This document shows positions 60,428-64,000 of a stretch of 64,000 bases of DNA, one piece after another (within the stretch, counting starts at the first letter, position 1; every line of letters begins with the position of its first letter). Source of the DNA: Takakia lepidozioides (Eukaryota > Plantae > Bryophyta); the NCBI GenBank assembly GCA_030704615.1, contig CM060734.1, positions 10,044,001-10,108,000 of the forward strand, read 5' to 3'. The notes below the pieces were generated by a model, which worked only from the letters and a program-made list of their open reading frames with translations, was not told where the DNA came from and made no database searches. Both the position numbers and the translations under genes were made by a program.

Positions 60428-63400
60428 ATTTATTTATTTATTATTTTAATTCTTTTTAAGGATTTCTCATTTTATAACCAATTCGGGGAAAAAAATAAAA
60501 CCCCAAGTGACACCGTAAGGGTTACACACCGTAGGCAGTGTGGGGGGAACCAAAAACCCTGCATAAAACACAGTATTGAATTGGTAAACCTAAGGAAGCC
60601 AAGCCTTAATAATGAGAGAGTCCTCCAAAAAGCAGCATATGAAGCCGAGATTATCGAGGGGCTAATCTACGAGAAATCATACTAGCGAAAGTTAAGCCTG
60701 GAGGTCGTGGCAGGGTGCTTGACGTGCTTCTAGTTGACGTCTCTCTCAAATTCTGGCGAGGCCGTGGAGTGGAGCTCGGAGGTTTCTCCAGCGATGAGGG
60801 GGGAGAGTGTTCCAAACACAAAGATCTTGCTCGTCGCTTTGGCAAACGATGCCATGGCAGGCCCACGTTGATCTAAAAGTGGCATGGATTGTGGGCGCTT
60901 TCTCGCAATCTGCAACACATTTCGCCCAAGCTTTTTTTGATTCCGTAAGCAGGTCACTGTAAACCAATGACAGTAAGCCCGAGGTAGAGCTCGTTTCATC
61001 ATTGAAAGTTTTCTTGCATCTAGCTCGCCACAAATGCCACAGGGTAGAAGCTCTGAGAGTTTCGAATACTGGGCATGGGAAGGTTCTTGCCCTGGTGGAC
61101 CTGTTGTAGTTTAGGAGGAGGTCCAGAGGGGAGATGACGTTCAGGCTCCAATGCCTGTAAAAGACTTTGATTAAGGGCCAAATTTTAGCCGGTGCAGTGC
61201 AGGTGAGTAGGCAATGCTCATGGGTCTCGATGATTCCTGAGGAACAACACGAGCACAAGAGTGCATCATGGAATTGTAGTCACTCTCCTACCTTGAGTGC
61301 TCTATTTGCGATTTGCCAAAGGAAAGCCGAGATTTTGGTTGGCCTAATCTTCAGCCAAATCGAAGACCATATCGGTGTCCAGTTTTCATTTGCGAAACCC
61401 CAGTGAGCCCACTTGCCATTCCATTTGGAGGAAAGGGGAGGCGGATTGTTGAAGGCCCTGTAGGCTTTCTTGGGGGTGTAGGAGAGAAGCGGGGTTGGGG
61501 AACGGCCAAAATTCCAATCCCATTCTTTTGGGTCTAGATTGAGGTCAGCTAGGGGCCTACCAGAGGCTTTTTTTTTTTGAGAAATGGTCTGATTGAAGCC
61601 CAAGCCTTCCAGATTATAGACCAGAGAGGTGAGCCAACTGATTTGTGCCTAAAACCTTGTGTGATCCAGCGGAGCGAAGGCTGCCATCTGGAGGTTTTCA
61701 GGGGACTTGCCAACATGAGGTTCCCCACCACTAGAAACTTCCACGAACCTCCTTCCGGGCCCAAGAATCTAGGGATCCACTTCCCAAGAAGGGCGGTGAT
61801 CTGGGTTTCTGGGTCGAGAACTCCCAAGCCCCCCATTTTCTTTGGTTGACAGATCTATTTCCACGAGACCTGTGGACGAACCTTTTGACCTGCCCCGCGA
61901 GCTCCCCAGATGAAGTTGCGAAGCAAGGCTTTATATTCACGGACTTGGTTGCGGGAGGGGCGCCAGGATGCCGCATAGAACCAAATGCCAGCGGATATCA
62001 CCTGATTTGCTATCAATGCCCGTCCTGTGATTGATAGGAATGTTGAGCCCCAGAAAGAGAGATTTCTTTTGATCTTTGAAAGGATAGGGGCAAAGCGTTG
62101 CTCATCTGAGAGGTCAACCCCGAAGGTATAGCCTAGCAGGGTGGTCGTCTGACCCAGTTGCAGCCAAGAAAGACCTATATTAGTTCCCCAGGAGGGTGAA
62201 GGCCCTAGGCGGGATTGGGAAGTATCACCCACCAGAAGGGCGCAGGTTTTGTTCCAATTAACTTTGAAGCTCGAGGCCGCACAGAAGGAAGATAAAGTGG
62301 CAGAGGCACTGTCTAGATTGATTGGGTTTGCTTGAAGCATAAGGAAAGTGTCATCTACATACATAGACTCCCTGATCTGTATAGGCTGATTAGTGATGTA
62401 GCTAGTGAGTTTGAGTCTTGTGATTCGCTGATTTGCTTGCAGCATGTAACCCAAGGTGTCCGCTGCAATGATAAAGAGAAAGGGAGCCAGAGGGCAGCCC
62501 TGTCTGACAGAACGCTGAAGATAGACAGGCTTGGAGACCGAACCATTAACAATAACTCTACTAGTTGATCCTGACAGGAGAATGCGTACCCTTGGCAGAA
62601 GTTGGGGGGTAGACCAATCTTGGCAAGGGTATCTAAGAGAAAGGGCCACTCCACCCTATCGAAGGCCTTTTCGAAGTCGAGGAGAAGGAGGGCTATAGCC
62701 TGTTGGGTTTTGAGAGCGTAGTGGGGTAACTCTTGGGCTAGCAGCAGGTTATCCATAATGTACCTTCCTTTAATGAAACCTGACTGGCTTGGTCTGATGA
62801 TGGAAGGCAAAAGAGGTTGAAGACGGAGTGCGAGCCCCTTTGCTATAATTTTGTATGCTACATTCAAAAGGGTAATAGGTCTGTAGTTGGTCAGGCTAGT
62901 TCTATCTCCTTTTTTAAAAAGAAGAGTAATGACTCCCTATGACATTGAAGCAGGCATGTGGTTTGAGAGGAAGATGTGGTTGGACATTGCTAGAAAGTCC
63001 TCTGAGATGCGGGGCCATAGTTTCCTGTAGAACTCCACTGGGATACCGAGCCAGGGCACTTCCCCTCTTTAAGTTTAGACAAAGCCTCTGATAGTTTGTC
63101 CTCAGAGAGGGGTCCTTCCAGGGAAGCGGCAACAGCAGGAGAGACCAGGGTGGGTGTATTGGCCAGGCAGGATTTGTGCTCTGTTGAGTCAACAGGGACA
63201 TCACTGCGGAAGAGGGCTTGAAAGTGGTTTGCGGCAAAGCGGGCCATGGGTTTAGCGTCTAAGAAGGATGCACCAGAGGAGAGATCGGTGAGTTCAGATC
63301 TAGATTGGGATGCTTTTCTGAGTTTGGTTTTAGCGAAGAAATACCTGGTCATTTTTTCTCCCTTGGAAGACCAATTGATCCCTGCTGAAAGTTTGAGTTT

Positions 63401-64000
63401 TTGCTCTTGCAAGTTGTGGAAGTTTTGAAGATTATGCTTGGCTTTCAGGTAGGTATTGAAGGTTTCTTCGTCACACCGAGGTGACTCCATTTTCTTTTGA
63501 CAGACTGAAAGGCACTTGGTAAGGGCTCTAACTTTCTTTTTCCTAGAGGCTGCTATATCTCTACTTAAAAGCTGGCTCGCCACCCCCACAGCCTTCGAGA
63601 GGAACCTTTCTGTAGGGTTTTGGGAGCCATTGCCAGCTTGAGACCATGCTGTCTGCAAGCCCTGGGTAAAAGCAGGGATTGAAAGAAGGGAAGCATTCAT
63701 CTTATAGAGGCCCTTACCCTTGGGGAGAGTGTTTGGGACTGTGAAAGAGGCCTGGATCATAGCGTGGTCAAACCCAGGTTGGATAGGCAGTTGGGGGAGT
63801 CTCTGGGCCCATTGGATGCAATCCATGGAGGCATAAAATCTATCCAGCCTCGCCATTTGGAGATCCAGGAGGCCCCTATTATTTGACCATGTGAAGATGG
63901 GGGCTGCAGGAGAGAGAGAACCCTGGTGAATTGCTTCTACTTCAACGAGGTTGTGATTTAAGGTCAGGTTGTGCCAGTGTTGGGTCTTTGTAACGTCTGG
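60428..64000 (-). mobile_element. L1/Tx1-like LINE ORF2 (APE C-terminus, RT, zf-RVT/CCHC), frameshifted; continues beyond the window
   Basis: ARLDRFY..FDH, YRPITLLNVAYKIIAK, LDFEKAFDRVEW, QGCPLAPFLF, YVDD, GGLGV and CSCC..ETHEHCLLTC. A-rich 3' tail at ~60428-60460. Confidence 0.93.

Noticed and set aside
59061-60449. Pro-rich and Gly-rich ORFs
   Set aside because: Arise from C-rich repeats and are open in several frames.

Overview
TE-rich eukaryotic nuclear DNA (roughly 50% GC, short GT-AG introns), probably from a non-seed land plant such as a bryophyte or lycophyte (inference). Host genes are an ABC1/AarF (ADCK2-like) kinase at ~19.1-26.8 kb (-) and a damaged single-domain rhodanese at ~53.4-58.4 kb (-). 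The rest is nested mobile DNA. It includes a full-length chromoviral Ty3/Gypsy element (5607-12439, TSD CACAT), a chimeric second copy (42.1-47.4 kb), a third LTR at the window start and a non-chromoviral Gypsy pol fragment. It also includes several LINE families (RTEX-like, L1/Tx1-like, CRE-like, and one with an RRM ORF1 plus a 2A-like motif), a tRNA-derived SINE family, and MULE and CACTA remnants. The most unusual feature is an intron-containing, now pseudogenised gene at 257-~5310 (-). It fuses a ParB/Srx-like domain (VWDGNHRLLAW) to a bacterial-type beta-class N4-cytosine/N6-adenine DNA methyltransferase-like domain. About 18 copies of a GGAAATTCGGCGCC motif sit in arrays in its intron and upstream region. 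This may be a mobile 'ParB + amino-MTase + iterated site' system. All calls were made by eye, with no database searches.
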